Assembly: GCA_001029675.1 (NCBI GenBank)
Contig: CP011210.1
Location: forward strand, 64,193 to 128,192
Length of the DNA: 64,000 nt
Origin: Candidatus Beckwithbacteria bacterium GW2011_GWC1_49_16
Lineage (GTDB): Bacteria > Patescibacteriota > Microgenomatia > UBA1400 > CG1-02-47-37
Direction: 5' to 3'
The first letter of the stretch is position 1. Each line of letters starts with the position of its first letter. The notes under the pieces are model-generated. The model did not search any database. It worked only from the letters and a program-made list of their open reading frames with translations, and was not told the DNA's origin. The translations under genes and the position numbers were made by a program. Shown piece after piece: positions 18,675 through 27,247 of the stretch.

Positions 18675-18929
18675 ATGAGCCAAGTGGTCACTACCAATTT
18701 ACGCATAGAAAGGGCCGACTGGTTGCAGATTAAAACCATGGCGGCCGAGTTGGGCATGAGCGTGAATAAGTTTATCAACCAGTTAATCAGAAGAGTCACC
18801 ACCAAAGAACAGTTGGGGGTGATCAACGACTACCAAAACGCCAGTATTTGGGAAGAGTTGCCCAAGTTAGCGAAAATCAAGAATAAACCCGGCAAATTGA
18901 GTGCCGATGACGAAATCATCTATGCCTGA
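18675..18929 (+). CDS. Ribbon-helix-helix antitoxin (VapB-like)
   Basis: TTNLRI...IKTMAAELGMSVNKFINQLI; overlaps the downstream PIN gene. Confidence 0.75.
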   Translation: MSQVVTTNLRIERADWLQIKTMAAELGMSVNKFINQLIRRVTTKEQLGVINDYQNASIWEELPKLAKIKNKPGKLSADDEIIYA

Positions 18930-19332
18930 TTCGGTATTTATCGATACAGGTTTTTTTAAGGCACTGGTAGATGAAGACGATGATTTTTACCGCAAGGCGG
19001 TAAAAACCTGGCAGAAATTTAGAAAAAAGGAAACAGTTTTAATCACCAGCAATTTCATTATTGATGAAACACTGACGGTAATAAGAGTTAAATGTCGCCT
19101 GGAAAAGGCCTTAAAATTCCGTGACCTGTTAGCCGAGAGCGGCGACGTAATAAAAATTGTCAGAGTGACCGTGGCCGACGAGGCCGGCGCCTGGAAGTGG
19201 TTTGTGAAAGATTGGCGGAGGTTGTCTTTTACCGACTGCGTGTCGATGGCCTTGATGGAACGATTGGGTGTGAACATGGTTGCCGGATTTGACCAGCATT
19301 TTACCAGGGCGGGGTTTAAGTATGCCCACTAA
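18922..19332 (+). CDS. vapC: PIN-domain toxin (VapC family)
   Basis: Motifs VFIDTG, IIDET, LSFTDCVS and FDQHF. Confidence 0.88.
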   Translation: MPDSVFIDTGFFKALVDEDDDFYRKAVKTWQKFRKKETVLITSNFIIDETLTVIRVKCRLEKALKFRDLLAESGDVIKIVRVTVADEAGAWKWFVKDWRRLSFTDCVSMALMERLGVNMVAGFDQHFTRAGFKYAH

Positions 19333-19984
19333 GGATAGTCAGCCCGAAAGGCGAGTACCCGAAGAGCTGGAACAGGCATTTGTGGATCTGCTTGAGCCGG
19401 TAGTAACCCAAATGGTAGCCGATGGGACGGAGGAGGCGAGTTTGTATAAACACCCTCACCCTAGAAGCGAGGTTCCTGATTGGTATGACCCAATTGGAGT
19501 GATTACTAATTTAGATCTTAGAATTCAGGATCCAAAAGAATGGAGAAAAGAACAGGTGGACAATGTAATAAAGGGTAAAGCAAAAAGGCCAAGCGTAAGG
19601 GATTTTATAAACGACAAGGTAGTTGTTATCGAAATTAAGTCCAGGAGGAGGCCGTCAAAACTAGAGTTTAGGAAGAGACAGGTAGAAAGAGCTCATAGAC
19701 GGGGATCTAGCAATGCCGGACAGGCTGTTCAGGACAAACACGAGATAAATTTACTACTAAGGAAAGAAACGGGGGGCTTAGAACTTTTAGACACTCGTGA
19801 GTATAGAGACTTTAACAGGGTGGTGGAAACGCCGATAGCTTCGGGGAAGCCATGGCTGGGAATGCGGAAAGTTTGGGATTCGGTTGGCTACTGGCCAAGC
19901 TTTGATGCCTTATTAGAAGATTGGCGATCAAGCCCCGAGCTTTTGGGCCGGGTGTTGCCAGTATTAGAGAAGGCGCTTAAATGA
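19322..19984 (+). CDS. Hypothetical protein
   Basis: ORF coupled to the vapC stop; no recognised motif. Confidence 0.6.
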   Translation: MPTKDSQPERRVPEELEQAFVDLLEPVVTQMVADGTEEASLYKHPHPRSEVPDWYDPIGVITNLDLRIQDPKEWRKEQVDNVIKGKAKRPSVRDFINDKVVVIEIKSRRRPSKLEFRKRQVERAHRRGSSNAGQAVQDKHEINLLLRKETGGLELLDTREYRDFNRVVETPIASGKPWLGMRKVWDSVGYWPSFDALLEDWRSSPELLGRVLPVLEKALK

Positions 19985-19997
19985 AATTTGCTTTAGG

Positions 19998-20195
19998 TTA
20001 TTTATATGCGGCTTGGCGACGGGCGATGGAGTAGACGTCGAGGTTTTTGCATAGTTGCTTATGAGAGATAGCGGTTTTTTGTTTTTTGCCTTGGCGAACA
20101 GCCTTAATTTCCTCGCGGGAGGAGAGGATGTTAAGGGTTTCCCGCCAAGATTCAAGTCCTGGCTTTCTAGTAGTAAGATTTAGTAAATAGCTCAT
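19998..20195 (-). pseudogene. Phd/YefM antitoxin C-terminal remnant
   Basis: ESWRETLNILSSREEIKAVRQGK resembles the YefM C-terminal half. The N-terminal DNA-binding part and a cognate toxin are absent. Confidence 0.5.
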
Positions 20196-20248
20196 TGAGA
20201 AAGCGTACTATTAAAAGAGTGAATTGTTAAGAGTGGTAAAATAACGGC

Positions 20249-20770
20249 ATGTCAAAAGGATTAGTTTACGTGTTTACCGGTGATGGCAAGGGCAAGACCT
20301 CGGCGGCGTTTTGGACGGGAGTAAGGCTGGCGGCTCGGGGCAAAAAGGTGGCGGCAGTGCAGTTTTATAAAGAGGCGCGCTGGCCGACGGCAGAGCAGGA
20401 TATAAGTAAAAAGTTTAAAAACTTTAAGGTTTATCTTTCCGGCAAAGGGTTTTACAAGTTGCCGACCGACCATGCTAAGCCTGCCGAGCACAAACAGGCC
20501 GCTGAAGCGGGGCTAAAAAAGGCGGCAGAGTTAATCGGTAAAGTGGATCTTCTAATCTTGGATGAGATCAACAACGCCGTCAAAGATAAATTAATTGACC
20601 TAACTGCCCTAATTGACCTAATTTCTAAGCGCGGTCAAACCCACTTGATTCTAACCGGCCGAGGGGCTACAAGGAGAGTCCTTGAAGGTGCGGATTTGGT
20701 GACGGAAATGAAAAAGGTTAAACACCCGTTTGACCAGGGCAAGAAAGCGGTTAAGGGGTTGGATTATTGA
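20249..20770 (+). CDS. cobO: Cob(I)alamin adenosyltransferase (CobA/CobO/BtuR)
   Basis: Motifs VFTGDGKGKTSAA, VQFYK, LLILDEI, LILTGR and ADLVTEMKKVKHPFDQG..A.KGLDY. Confidence 0.93.
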   Translation: MSKGLVYVFTGDGKGKTSAAFWTGVRLAARGKKVAAVQFYKEARWPTAEQDISKKFKNFKVYLSGKGFYKLPTDHAKPAEHKQAAEAGLKKAAELIGKVDLLILDEINNAVKDKLIDLTALIDLISKRGQTHLILTGRGATRRVLEGADLVTEMKKVKHPFDQGKKAVKGLDY

Positions 20771-20807
20771 GTCGAGGGCGGGGAGATTGTGTTATCATTA
20801 AGTTATT

Positions 20808-21245
20808 ATGGCAGACCTGCCCGATGACCAGAATCAACCCGCTCCGCCGGTATCCCCGACGACCCCGGTAAGCGGAGGGACGGCGGCCAAGGAGAAGGAT
20901 AAACCCGCCTTCGCCGAAGGCTCCGGCGAGGCAAGACAGGAAGTCACCCCGATTACCGAGTATACCCGGCAAGTGGATTTGGAACCGGAAGTGGAGAGTT
21001 GGATGGAGAAGCTCGAGAAGGAGGAGGGTAAACTGACTCAGCCGGTGACCGACGATAAAGGCCAAGTGGTACTCGACGACAGCCAAAAGCAGGATAAAAA
21101 ATTTAAGGTGGTGTTGCCTTTGACACGCGACGAGGTAGAAAAGGGTTTGCATCACAAGGTGGTGGATGGGGTGAGGTGGTTGGCGGAGTGGTGCGTGAGA
21201 CTCGTTAAGATGTTTGGCAGTAAAGTTGCCTACAGGAAAAAATAA
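20808..21245 (+). CDS. Conserved-looking hypothetical protein
   Basis: C-terminal LPLT..EV.KGLH.KV.DGVRWLAEWC.R.VKM; coupled to the next gene. Confidence 0.7.
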   Translation: MADLPDDQNQPAPPVSPTTPVSGGTAAKEKDKPAFAEGSGEARQEVTPITEYTRQVDLEPEVESWMEKLEKEEGKLTQPVTDDKGQVVLDDSQKQDKKFKVVLPLTRDEVEKGLHHKVVDGVRWLAEWCVRLVKMFGSKVAYRKK

Positions 21246-23575
21246 TGGATCCAATAACTGTCTTTGTTGACCAGGCAAAATACCTGACCTTTTTGGCCTT
21301 TTTGATGGGGGCGAGCCTTGTGGGATTGGTGGGGCTAGTTTACCTTCTGGTTAATTTGATTAAGTTTAAAGACAGGGAGAAGCGGTCGTTGGAGTATGTG
21401 CTTTTGGAAGTAGCCGTGCCAAGAGACAACGAGGTCAAGATCGACGCGGCCGAGCAGATGTTTGCGGCGCTGACCAGCATCAAGAAAGGCGGGGGTTTCT
21501 TGAAGATTTTCAAACCCCAGCAGCACATTTCTTTTGAAATCGTGGGCAGAAAGGAAGACATTAGGTTTTATGTGTCGGCCCCGGACAAATTGAGGGATTT
21601 GGTGGAAAAGCAGATTAATGGGGCTTATCCCGGAGCCGACGTCAAAGAGGTGGAGGAATATAACATTTACACCGATCACGGTAAGGTGGCGTTTGCGGCT
21701 TTGAGACTTACCGGCACCAGCTACATGCCGATTCAGGTTTACAAGGACCTGCCGGTGGATTCTTTAAGTTCACTGACGGCGGCGATGGCCAAAATGGGGG
21801 ATAACGAGGGGGCGGCGGTACAGATAGTCGTGGCGCCGGCAGGAAATTCTTGGCGGAAAGCGGGCAAGGCTTATATCTCAAAGACCAAAAAGACCGAGGC
21901 CGACCCGGAGACGGCCAAGTACAACATTGATCCAAAAACCTACGAAGAGATAGATAACAAGTGTAGTAAGCCCGGTTTTGAGGTGGCGGTGAGAATGGTA
22001 GTTTCTTCCACAACCCGCGAGTCGGCCGAGGCGCATTTAGCTAACATGGTGGGGGCGTTTTCTCAGCTTAGTTCGGATCATAATGGTTTTGCCAAGGCCA
22101 AGGTGAGGCTCAAAAAGATTTTTATGGTCGATTTTATCTACCGCTACCAGCCGGTTTTTGGGTCTAAGAACATTTTGTCGGCCGAGGAGTTGGCGACGGT
22201 GTTCCACTTTCCCAATAAAAGCGTCGAAACGCCGCACATTTATTGGCTAAGAGCCAAGAGGGCGCCGGTGCCGGCTCAAATCCCCAAGGAAGGGCTTTTT
22301 TTGGGTAAAAGCAGTTATCGGGGGACGTCGCGGTCGGTTTTTATCGGCGAGGACGACCGGTTGCGGCACATTTATATTATCGGCAAGACCGGTGTGGGCA
22401 AGTCGGAGTTGATGACCGACATGATACTTCAAGACATTAAGGAGGGCAAAGGGGTGTGTTTTATTGACCCTCATGACACGGTGGAAAAGATTATGGAGAT
22501 GATTCCGCCCGAGCGGGCAGAGGACGTGATTTACTTTAACCCGTCGGATACCGAGCGGCCGATGGGGCTTAATATGCTTGAGGCGTCCACAGAAGAAGAG
22601 AAACACTTTGTGGTGACTTCGATCGTGGGTTTGATGTATAAGCTTTACGATCCGCACAAGACCGGAATTATCGGTCCCCGGTTTGAGCATGCCATCAGAA
22701 ACGCCATGCTGACGGTGATGAGTGATCCGGGAAACACTTTTATCGAAGTGGTGCGGGTTCTGACTGACAGTAAATACGTCCAAGAGTTACTCCCGCGAGT
22801 CAAAGACCCCATCGTCAGGCGCTACTGGACTGATCAGATTGCCCAAACGTCTGACTTTCACAAATCGGAGGTGTTGGACTATATTGTTTCAAAATTCGGC
22901 CGGTTTGTGACCAACAAGATGATGCGTAACATCATCGGCCAGTCGGAGAGCGCTTTTAACTTCAGGAAAGTGATGGACGAGGGCAAGATACTTTTAATTA
23001 ACCTGGCTAAGGGCAGGATCGGGGAGGAAAACAGTAATTTTTTAGGGTTGATTCTGGTACCGAAAATCTTGATTGCGGCCATGAGCCGGCAAGACACGCC
23101 GGAGGAGGAAAGGAAGCCGTTTTATCTCTATGTTGATGAGTTTCAGAATTTTGCCACGCCAGACTTTGCCCAGATATTGTCGGAAGCAAGAAAATTTAGG
23201 TTAGCCCTAACCGTGGCCAACCAGTTTATCGGCCAGGTAGAGGAGGATGTCAAAAACGCCATTTTCGGCAACGTCGGCAGCCTAATCGCCTTCAGGGTGG
23301 GAGTGTCGGATGCTAACTACCTCCAGCATGAGTTTCAACCGACTTTCACCGAAACGGACCTAATTAACATTGAGCGGTTTAACGTCTACGTCAAAACCAT
23401 CGTCAACAACGAGCCGGTGCCGCCCTTTTCCATGGACTTGACTAAAGACATGGGTCAGGCAAAGGCGCAGAGGAACGACAAGGTGGCGGAGATGGTCAAG
23501 CAATTGAGCCGGCTTAAATACGCCAGGGACATGGGTGTGGTCGAGGCGGAGATTTCCCAGCGGGCCAAACTTTAG
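21245..23575 (+). CDS. Membrane-anchored VirD4/TraD/HerA-like P-loop ATPase
   Basis: N-terminal TM; RHIYIIGKTGVGKS (Walker A); YLYVDEFQNF (Walker B); LSEARKF; ANQFIGQ. Confidence 0.88.
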   Translation: MDPITVFVDQAKYLTFLAFLMGASLVGLVGLVYLLVNLIKFKDREKRSLEYVLLEVAVPRDNEVKIDAAEQMFAALTSIKKGGGFLKIFKPQQHISFEIVGRKEDIRFYVSAPDKLRDLVEKQINGAYPGADVKEVEEYNIYTDHGKVAFAALRLTGTSYMPIQVYKDLPVDSLSSLTAAMAKMGDNEGAAVQIVVAPAGNSWRKAGKAYISKTKKTEADPETAKYNIDPKTYEEIDNKCSKPGFEVAVRMVVSSTTRESAEAHLANMVGAFSQLSSDHNGFAKAKVRLKKIFMVDFIYRYQPVFGSKNILSAEELATVFHFPNKSVETPHIYWLRAKRAPVPAQIPKEGLFLGKSSYRGTSRSVFIGEDDRLRHIYIIGKTGVGKSELMTDMILQDIKEGKGVCFIDPHDTVEKIMEMIPPERAEDVIYFNPSDTERPMGLNMLEASTEEEKHFVVTSIVGLMYKLYDPHKTGIIGPRFEHAIRNAMLTVMSDPGNTFIEVVRVLTDSKYVQELLPRVKDPIVRRYWTDQIAQTSDFHKSEVLDYIVSKFGRFVTNKMMRNIIGQSESAFNFRKVMDEGKILLINLAKGRIGEENSNFLGLILVPKILIAAMSRQDTPEEERKPFYLYVDEFQNFATPDFAQILSEARKFRLALTVANQFIGQVEEDVKNAIFGNVGSLIAFRVGVSDANYLQHEFQPTFTETDLINIERFNVYVKTIVNNEPVPPFSMDLTKDMGQAKAQRNDKVAEMVKQLSRLKYARDMGVVEAEISQRAKL

Positions 23576-23609
23576 GATTTTTGTGCTATAGGGTATAATA
23601 CGGGGTTAT

Positions 23610-23861
23610 ATGGAAAAAGTAGTCGCCAGAGATTCTGGGGTGGAAGTAATATTTAAGCACCCAGAAACTCCTCAATGCCCAAACGGCATGACGAGTAGTA
23701 GGAACTACAAGGTTACCAAGGTAGTTGAGGGGGTTAACCAGCGACAAGCGGAGGCGATGTTTGAAACAGACGCGGCATTTAGGCTTGGCGCGGTGCCCCG
23801 GTGTGGCGCTTGCGGGATTCTTTACAAGGTGGCCGGGTCGGAGCTGCCGTTGGCAGGGTGA
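23610..23861 (+). CDS. Small hypothetical protein with possible Zn-binding Cys motifs
   Basis: 83 aa with QCPNG...RCGACG; TATAAT upstream. Confidence 0.55.
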   Translation: MEKVVARDSGVEVIFKHPETPQCPNGMTSSRNYKVTKVVEGVNQRQAEAMFETDAAFRLGAVPRCGACGILYKVAGSELPLAG

Positions 23862-23927
23862 GTTTGGTAGTTGTCTGAAGGCAGAGTTTGTTGTACCATT
23901 GAATTGTATTAGTAAATAGTCTGGTTG

Positions 23928-24608
23928 ATGGTTCGAATGGCTAAGGTTTTGATTGAAAAAAGGATTGAGGCGATAAAATTAAGAAAGTTAGGAAAAAGCT
24001 ACTCCCAGATTAAAAACAAGTTGGGTGTGAGTAAAAGCACTTTGAGCTATTGGTTGAGAAGATACCCTCTATCGAAAGAAAGGATTAGAGAGCTTCAGAA
24101 AAGTGAGAGGGCAATTGAAAAATACAGAGAAACAATGCGAAGAAAAAGAGAGGAGCGGTTAAGAGGCGTTTACAAGAAAATGAAGAAGAAACTATTGCCG
24201 CTTACAAAGAAACAGTTGTTGATAGCAGGTCTGTTTTTGTATTGGGGAGAAGGGTTAAAAGCAAGCCAGTCTCAGGTTAATTTCAGCAACAGCGATCCGG
24301 AAATGGCGAAGTTTTATTTATATTGGCTAACTAGAGCGTTGGGGATTAGCAGAAGAAAAATTAAGGTAAGATTACATCTTTACAGAGATATGAATATTAA
24401 CGCGGAGACAAAATATTGGAGCGAGCTATTAAGAATACCGAGAAGTCAATTTACTAAACCCTATATTAAAAACACAACCCTTAAAAGTATTACTTATAAA
24501 GGGTTTGGGCACGGCACGTGTGATATTAGATACGGAAACGTTGGTTTAAAAGAAGAAATAATAATGGGGATAAAGGCGATTTCGGATAAACACTCAAGAC
24601 TTTCGTGA
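23928..24608 (+). CDS. HTH plus LAGLIDADG-like domain protein (putative free-standing endonuclease or DNA-binding protein)
   Basis: HTH LRKLGKSYSQIKNKLGVSKSTLSYWL; LAGLIDADG-like helix IAGLFLYWGEG followed by FSNSDPEM..F. Confidence 0.7.
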   Translation: MVRMAKVLIEKRIEAIKLRKLGKSYSQIKNKLGVSKSTLSYWLRRYPLSKERIRELQKSERAIEKYRETMRRKREERLRGVYKKMKKKLLPLTKKQLLIAGLFLYWGEGLKASQSQVNFSNSDPEMAKFYLYWLTRALGISRRKIKVRLHLYRDMNINAETKYWSELLRIPRSQFTKPYIKNTTLKSITYKGFGHGTCDIRYGNVGLKEEIIMGIKAISDKHSRLS

Positions 24609-24620
24609 TAAAATACGCTT

Positions 24621-24692
24621 AGGCGGATAGCTCAATGGTAGAGCGGTGCTCTTATACAGCATTGGTTGTGGGTTCGACTCCCGCTCCGCCTA
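24621..24692 (+). tRNA. tRNA-Ile with anticodon UAU
   Basis: Cloverleaf: acceptor AGGCGGA/TCCGCCT, D-arm GCTC/GAGC, anticodon arm GTGCT-CTTATAC-AGCAT, T-arm GTGGG-TTCGACT-CCCGC. Extended -10 TGATAAAAT upstream. Confidence 0.9.
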
Positions 24693-24729
24693 CAAGATGG
24701 TCGGTGGTTCGAGTCCAGCCCGGCCTACC
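24693..24729 (+). pseudogene. 3'-half remnant of a second tRNA (Ile-like)
   Basis: CAAGATGGTC-GGTGG-TTCGAGT-CCAGC-CCGGCCT-ACC supplies a variable loop, T-arm and acceptor 3' strand with no 5' half. Confidence 0.7.
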
Positions 24730-24748
24730 GCGTCAAACGCGGCCAGTC

Positions 24749-24772
24749 CCTGCCCGAAAGAGCAGGTTTTTT
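24749..24772 (+). terminator. Intrinsic terminator after the tRNA-Ile locus
   Basis: CCTGC-CCGAAAGA-GCAGG followed by a T-run. Confidence 0.65.
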
Positions 24773-25240
24773 ATGACTTTTGAAAAGCCACGCCATAGAT
24801 TGCTACCAAAAAGGGATATCAAAGAGGCCTTGAACGAGATGCAGGCTCTTGCTTTTCGCGGAATTTGCGGCGAGATACTTGCAGGGAGGGAGATTCAAAA
24901 ATTTGATATGTATTTGTTCGGCTCCATTTCTAGAGGAACATTTGATGATGACTCCGATATAGATGTTTTGTTAGTGCTTGAAGGCGACCAAAAAACTAGT
25001 AGTGGGGTGCAGGAGATAAGCCCAAGACTTCAATTTTGGTTGGTAGTTGAATTAACAAGAGTTCGTCCCAAAATTGAAGAGGAATTGGGTAGGTCAGTTG
25101 AGATCGCTTTTGCCACTTATGATGACCTGGAGATTGCTAGAGAATCTCTTCGTGACGGTATGTGGAATCATTTAACGCGAATCTATAGAGATCTTAAGCC
25201 TTTGACTGACAAGGATTCGAGAGAGTTTATAGCTCTTTGA
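24773..25240 (+). CDS. Minimal nucleotidyltransferase (pol-beta superfamily, MNT-like)
   Basis: YLFGSISRG...DSDIDVLLV. Start moved to ATG 24773, downstream of the tRNA. Confidence 0.8.
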   Translation: MTFEKPRHRLLPKRDIKEALNEMQALAFRGICGEILAGREIQKFDMYLFGSISRGTFDDDSDIDVLLVLEGDQKTSSGVQEISPRLQFWLVVELTRVRPKIEEELGRSVEIAFATYDDLEIARESLRDGMWNHLTRIYRDLKPLTDKDSREFIAL

Positions 25241-26090
25241 GGCTGGCGGGGGCTTCGGCTTTGTTTTTGACTACGTCCAGGTATTTTTCGGTGGTACTAA
25301 GCCTCTTGTGGCCGACAAGCTTGGACACCAAGGTTAAGGGGGTGCCGGCCGTCAGCTGGTGGGCGATAAAGGTGTGCCTTAAATCGTTGACCTTGGCGTT
25401 TTTGATGTCTGACAATTTAAAGAAGCGGTCGATGGCGGTGCGGATGTTTCTAATCAAAAAAGGCCGGCCGGTTTTGGTGACAAAGACTTTTTGGCTTTTG
25501 GTTTTGGGGCGGGGTTTAAGGTAGTCGGCCAAGGCTTGGTGAGCGGCTTTGTTTAGAGGCACAACTCGTGAAGAGTGGGATTCGTAGGCACGAATGGTGA
25601 GTTTGTTGTCGTCGACGTCGTTTAACTCAAGGTTGGCCAGCTCGCCGATTCTGATGCCGGTTTGGAGCAGCAACTCGACGATGGCCCTGATCCTAATGTC
25701 GTCGCGGCAGACGTCGCGCAGGGCGCGATATTCCATTTTAGTTAAAACCCGGGGCGGTTTGATGTCGTACTTGGGGTGGGAGACGGCAGCGGCAGGGTTG
25801 GTGGTGATTGCTTTTTGAGCCAGCAAAAAGCGGCAGAAGGTTTTGATGGAGTTTAGCTTGCGGCTAATGGACTTGGCGGTGTATTTCTTGTCGGCAAGAT
25901 ATTTTTTGAAGTCTTCGATGTGGCTGGTGGTAAGATTATTTGGTTGGTGAACTTTTTTGGGAGCGACAAACTGGATTAGTTGGTCGACGTCCTTGTTGTA
26001 TGCTAGGATAGTGGACGTGGAGCGATTCTTGTTTTTAAGATCTTCGACAAAGGCAGTCCTGGCGGCTTTAAGATCGTTTGGTTTAACCAT
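25227..26090 (-). CDS. XerC/XerD-family tyrosine recombinase
   Basis: N-terminal SAM-like domain; TGIRIGEL, DLRHTF and VGHKRLSTTEKY. Confidence 0.9.
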   Translation of the reverse strand: MVKPNDLKAARTAFVEDLKNKNRSTSTILAYNKDVDQLIQFVAPKKVHQPNNLTTSHIEDFKKYLADKKYTAKSISRKLNSIKTFCRFLLAQKAITTNPAAAVSHPKYDIKPPRVLTKMEYRALRDVCRDDIRIRAIVELLLQTGIRIGELANLELNDVDDNKLTIRAYESHSSRVVPLNKAAHQALADYLKPRPKTKSQKVFVTKTGRPFLIRNIRTAIDRFFKLSDIKNAKVNDLRHTFIAHQLTAGTPLTLVSKLVGHKRLSTTEKYLDVVKNKAEAPASLKEL

Positions 26091-26141
26091 AAATTCTGAG
26101 GCAGAAGTAGCTTATAATAGCAACAACAGGGATAGGTGTCA

Positions 26142-26516
26142 ATGAGAAAAAAACGACTTCTAACTTATCTTATTATGTTAGTGAGTTTGTTGGTTTCGGG
26201 TAAGCTGACTCGCGATATCGTTAAGCTTTGGCGGGCCGACGAGCGCCTGATTGAGGCCCAAGCGGAATTAACTAAGGTTCAGGAGGAACAGCTGAAGCTG
26301 AAGCGGGAGTTGTCTGAGGCGGAGGGAGAGTTGTGGTGGGAAAGACAAGTGAGGGATACTTTGCGGATGGCGAAAGAAGGAGAAGTGGTGGTGGTGGTGC
26401 CGGACGAGGTGAAGAATCAATCGGGGGGAGCGGCCGATTTGAACCCGGTTGACGGGGTCGGGGAGGAAAGCAATCTAACTAAGTGGGTCAAGGCGTTTGC
26501 TATAATAGGGCAATAA
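26142..26516 (+). CDS. Septum formation initiator (FtsB/DivIC family)
   Basis: TM helix plus coiled coil plus E..VRD.L.MAKEGEVVVVVP. Confidence 0.78.
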   Translation: MRKKRLLTYLIMLVSLLVSGKLTRDIVKLWRADERLIEAQAELTKVQEEQLKLKRELSEAEGELWWERQVRDTLRMAKEGEVVVVVPDEVKNQSGGAADLNPVDGVGEESNLTKWVKAFAIIGQ

Positions 26517-26517
26517 T

Positions 26518-27219
26518 ATGGGTTTACTTGATGATCTGATCAGCAAGCACGTTAAGCGGCGAGAACTGCTGTTGGTAGATAAATCGATGGAGGGGAGAGA
26601 GAAGAGGTTTCGCCGCCGGCCGTTTATTACCGTGTCGCGCGAGGCGGGCAGCGGGGGGCGGCCCGTCGCCCAAGCGGTGGCCAAAAAGCTGGGGTTTAAG
26701 TTTTACGACAGGAAAATTATTGAACTAACTGCCAAAAAAGCCAAAAGGAGAGAAAATTTAATTGCCTCGCTGGACGAGAGGGAAAGGGGCCTGGTGGACG
26801 ACTTGGTTCACTCGCTGTTAAACCCCGATTATGTATCGGAACAAAGCTACATCAAAAGTCTTTGTGAGGTGATGTTGTCTTTGGCGCATAAAGGAGCTTG
26901 TGTGCTTTTGGGCAGGGGAGGGAATTTTGTTACTTCCCAGTACGGCGGGCTTCATGTGAGGATAGCGGCGCCGTTTTTGGTTCGGGCCGGCTATACGGCG
27001 CAATACGAGGACTATACGATTTTTAAAGCCAAGGATAGGGTAAAAAAGTTTGACCAGAGAAGGAAGGAATTTATCAAGCAGTACTTTGGCAAAGATCCTT
27101 CCAACGACAACTATTATGACTTGGTGGTGAACACGACTTATTTTAATATCAATGAGGCTAGGGATATTGTGGTGGCTGCCTTTGTGAAAAAGTTTCCGGA
27201 CTGGAAGAAGTTTCGCTAG
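26518..27219 (+). CDS. Cytidylate kinase-like family protein
   Basis: Motifs ITVSREAGSGG, LGFKFYD, LGRGG and YYDLVVNT. Confidence 0.85.
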   Translation: MGLLDDLISKHVKRRELLLVDKSMEGREKRFRRRPFITVSREAGSGGRPVAQAVAKKLGFKFYDRKIIELTAKKAKRRENLIASLDERERGLVDDLVHSLLNPDYVSEQSYIKSLCEVMLSLAHKGACVLLGRGGNFVTSQYGGLHVRIAAPFLVRAGYTAQYEDYTIFKAKDRVKKFDQRRKEFIKQYFGKDPSNDNYYDLVVNTTYFNINEARDIVVAAFVKKFPDWKKFR

Positions 27220-27247
27220 GCGATTATAATAGAATGTTCTTTAACAT

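Noticed and set aside
21245-23575. Conjugative element or T4SS
   Set aside because: A coupling-protein-like ATPase alone, with no relaxase, VirB4 or mating-pair genes in the window.
24635-24772. N-terminal extension of the 201-aa ORF (MVERCSYTALVVGSTPAPP...)
   Set aside because: It is a translation of tRNA-Ile, the tRNA remnant and a terminator. The likely start is ATG 24773.
25227-26090. Tyrosine recombinase as the integrase of a tRNA-targeted island
   Set aside because: Xer-sized with no arm-binding domain, host-like composition, next to an ftsB-like gene, and no att pair found around it. More likely housekeeping, though a role in trans is not excluded.
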